DNA of 64,000 bases from Octopus vulgaris. Lineage: Eukaryota. Of this stretch, positions 61,335-64,000 are shown piece by piece. Positions within the stretch are counted from its first letter, which is position 1, and each line of letters starts with the position of its first letter. Location of the stretch: the NCBI GenBank assembly GCA_951406725.2, contig OX597818.1:138942001-139006000 (forward strand), given 5' to 3'. The notes below the pieces were generated by a model, which was not told the DNA's origin, did no database searches, and saw only the letters and a list, made by a program, of their open reading frames with translations. A program made the translations under genes and the position numbers.

Positions 61335-61713
61335 GTGTCTATATATATATTTATGTGTGTCTATATATGTGTGTATATATGTATGTGTAGATATATATGC
61401 GTACATGTGTGTATATATATATGTGTATACATATGCATATATATGTGTGTACATATGTATGTATATATGTATATGTATATGTATATATGTATATATATAT
61501 ATGTACATATATATGTATATATATACATATATATGTATATGTATACGTATATATGTATATATATATACATGTGTATACGTATATATGTATATATATACAT
61601 GTGTATATGTATATATGTATATATATACATGTGTATATATATGTATATGTATGTGTACGTATATATATATATATATACACACACATATATAATATATATA
61701 TGTATATACATAT
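61172..61713. repeat. Long compound (TA)/(TG)/(CA) tract in the putative 3' UTR
   Basis: Read directly; a second tract lies at 60574-60902. Confidence 0.95.
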
Positions 61714-62104
61714 ATTATTGATAATGTGTTCGGAAAAATTCATCTCAATCAAACAACTTGTATTCAACATGTAATAAAAATACATGCATATACAGACAAA
61801 CACACACACACACACATACAAACTGCTGCTTAAGGAGATAATTTATATGAAAATTTTTATTATATATAAAACAAAATTTAAAAAAATTTCTAATTGAAAT
61901 TTTGAGAAAAAAATATTTAAAATTAAAATACATGTCTTATAAAATAAAATAATATTAATAATTATAATACCGAAAAAAAGAAGAAAAATAACATTGAGCC
62001 TGGATGGTTTCATACACACAATCACGCACACATACACACACATACACATATATATATATGTACGTGTTTGTGGATGTATGTATAAAGTTATTCAAGGTTA
62101 ACTC

Positions 62105-62135
<31 letters not shown>

Positions 62136-62299
62136 AGAAAGATCTAATGAACCCGAGCAAATTTTTTCCCTCCCCGCAATAAAAATTAAAGCAAAACAAA
62201 CAAAAAAAAAATATGAAAACTCTTAACGCCATTAACATTCTTGCTGATGTATAGAATTGCTAATATTTTTGAACCACCAAAAATCTGTATAAAAAGATA

Positions 62300-62317
62300 A
62301 ATAAATAAATAAATAAA
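62300..62317 (+). promoter_or_regulatory. Candidate polyadenylation signal cluster
   Basis: aataaataaataaataaa followed by gagttgtgtgtgt; transposon-derived sequence resumes shortly after. Confidence 0.45.
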
Positions 62318-62495
62318 TTCAACTGAGTTGTGTGTGTAAATCTTTGCAAACGGTCGTCTCCCGTTTCTGTCTTTGTTCTTATCTTTTACTCATTTCAGTC
62401 GTTTGACTTTGGCGGTGTTGAAGTTGTGTAGGGTGACACTGTATTGCCTTGAAGAATTTTAGTTGAACGAATCAACCCCAGTATTTTTCTTTATA

Positions 62496-62895
62496 GGTCG
62501 ACTTTTTTCTCGGTGGTGGCAGTTGCAGGACGTCCAGGCCCTGGGTCATTTTTAAGACTCTTCTCTCCCCTACTAAATTCAGCTGTCCATTTTTGCACTT
62601 GATAAAACTGGGGCATCTTACCTTGAAGTAGCAACTATGTCAGCATGAATGTCTTTGGAGTTATACCTTTTTTCTGTAGGTGCTTGATAACACCAAGATA
62701 CCAAATTTTGTCCATTTTCAAGAGAAGTTGTTACTAGTTACTTTTGAAATCTTCTTTGAACAGACAAATGTCACTTTACCTGGAAAGAAACAAATAAGTT
62801 ATTAATCAAACGAGTTGAAATTAATGCATGCAAGATTTCACAGTTCTAGTATTACTCTTTCATAATCTGCGTAAGAGCTTTTCAGCGCACCCTCG
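62496..62895 (-). mobile_element. Mariner transposon 5' end with decayed transposase N-terminus
   Basis: TA-CGAGGGTGCGCTGAAAAG terminus. From ATG at 62715: MDKIWYLGVIKHLQKKGITPKDIHADI...DAP...VQKWTAEFSRGEKSLKNDPGPGRPATATTE (HTH and GRP motif), with a stop and a frameshift. Confidence 0.85.
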
Positions 62896-62921
62896 TATAT
62901 ATATATATGTGTGTGTAATGT

Positions 62922-63103
62922 ATATTTCTTTACTACCCACAAGGAGCTAAACACATAGGGGACAAACAAGGACAGACAAACGGATTAAGTCGATTACATC
63001 GACTCCAGTGCGTATATGGTACTTAATGTATCGACCCCGAAAGGATGAAAGGCAAAGTCGACCTCAGCGGAATTTGAACTCAGAACGTAATGGCAGACGA
63101 AAT
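62922..63103 (-). mobile_element. SINE family D, 5'-truncated
   Basis: atgtgtgtgtaatgta duplicated on both sides. Confidence 0.87.
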
Positions 63104-63202
63104 AATGTGTGTGTAATGTAACTTTGCCTTTCTCTTGGACAACATCGGTGATATGGAGAGAGGAGACTGGTATGCATGAGCAAATGCTGGTCCTCCACAA
63201 AC

Positions 63203-63600
63203 AACGCTTGCGGTTCTGTTAACTTCTCAAGGTCTGCATCGGTGAAGGTCTCGTTATCCGCAGGCAAAAACAATTCTAAACGCTGCCTGCTTCCATTTCT
63301 TCAAATCCCACGCCGTGTGTCATATATACAAGGCTGTCTCTGATTGAAACTGCTTTGTCCTCAGCACTGATGTTTCTCATTAATCATTTCCTTGCCCCTT
63401 AGGATATAGTAGCAAAATTGTATTAGATGGAATGAAAACAACTTCAAATTAATAGAGACTTAAAAAGATGGCCAGCAGCGTAGCATAAGACCAGAATTAT
63501 TCCAAACTTCCCTTCTCACCATAACGTTTAAAAACCAAATAGTAATATTCAATGGACCATTCGATAAAAAGAAAATTCCAGTGTAACTTTGTTTGTTGTT
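63203..63600 (-). mobile_element. Decayed Tigger/pogo-type DDE transposase fragment
   Basis: Minus-strand remnants FLFIEW, IILVLCYAAGH (cf. LLILDNAPGH), FEVVFIPSNT (cf. V-FLPPNTT) and GFEEME-LELF-ETFTDADLEKL, in the expected order. Confidence 0.6.
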
Positions 63601-64000
63601 TTAACTTGTCAAATAAACTGAAAACGTTAAATTTCGAGTGACATTGAGCCCACATACGTCTAAATACTTTTAAAAAATTTCTCCATATGTTCTGGATTTT
63701 ACTATGTGAATGTGTTAGTTTAGAAGAGTTAACACTCAATTTTAAGTGGCAATTTTTGTCAGATTCATTCATTATCGTTTTTAAAGATAACAATACAAGT
63801 CTCAGTAATTCTGCAAAGGCACTTATTTTCTCATCCTTCTACTCTTTTTATTATCTTTAGATTGGTATCTAATGATATTGATTTTCGCCTACGTGAAATG
63901 ATGGGATAGCAAAAGTATTTTAAGTAATTACGAAACTGCTACACAATTGGCTTGGTGCAAAACGAGCAAACCTCATGGAATTCAAAAGCAAACCAAGTCT

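Larger units (their letters stand above)
60030..62340 (+). other. Probable 3' UTR of the PDZRN3/4-like gene
   Basis: No recognisable interspersed transposon between the stop and ~62380. It ends in overlapping AATAAA hexamers followed by a GT-rich tract. The end point is inferred; earlier AATAAA sites exist. Confidence 0.5.

Overview
AT-rich, microsatellite-dense eukaryotic DNA. The tRNA-headed SINE families and the gene content suggest an octopus/coleoid cephalopod (inference). The only protein-coding gene I can support is the 3' part of a + strand PDZRN3/PDZRN4 (LNX3/4, Drosophila Slip1-like) gene. It has four short phase-0 exons (32979-33041, 43125-43223, 54825-54926, 56310-56438) and a long last exon (58572-60029) ending in the PDZ-binding motif -SVTTV, then a probable ~2.3 kb 3' UTR. 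The upstream exons were not found, so 1-32978 is probably one long intron. The rest is a mosaic of at least five SINE families, fragments of CR1/L2-, RTE- and Dong/R4-type retrotransposons, piggyBac-, hAT- and 8-bp-TSD MITEs, a Helitron, mariner and Tigger/pogo relics, a 7 x 201 bp tandem array and many simple repeats. Nearly all ORF-track entries are repeat artefacts. I found no clear new multi-gene system. The best leads are RNA-level or transposon-mechanism signals: a tandem pair of hammerhead-like units, a covarying 3' hairpin shared by a LINE and two short elements, a SINE flanked by a ~158-bp direct repeat, long intronic foldbacks that could be ADAR substrates, and a decayed RING-H2 fragment. 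Repeat boundaries and identities were judged by eye and are approximate unless a TSD or TIR is quoted.
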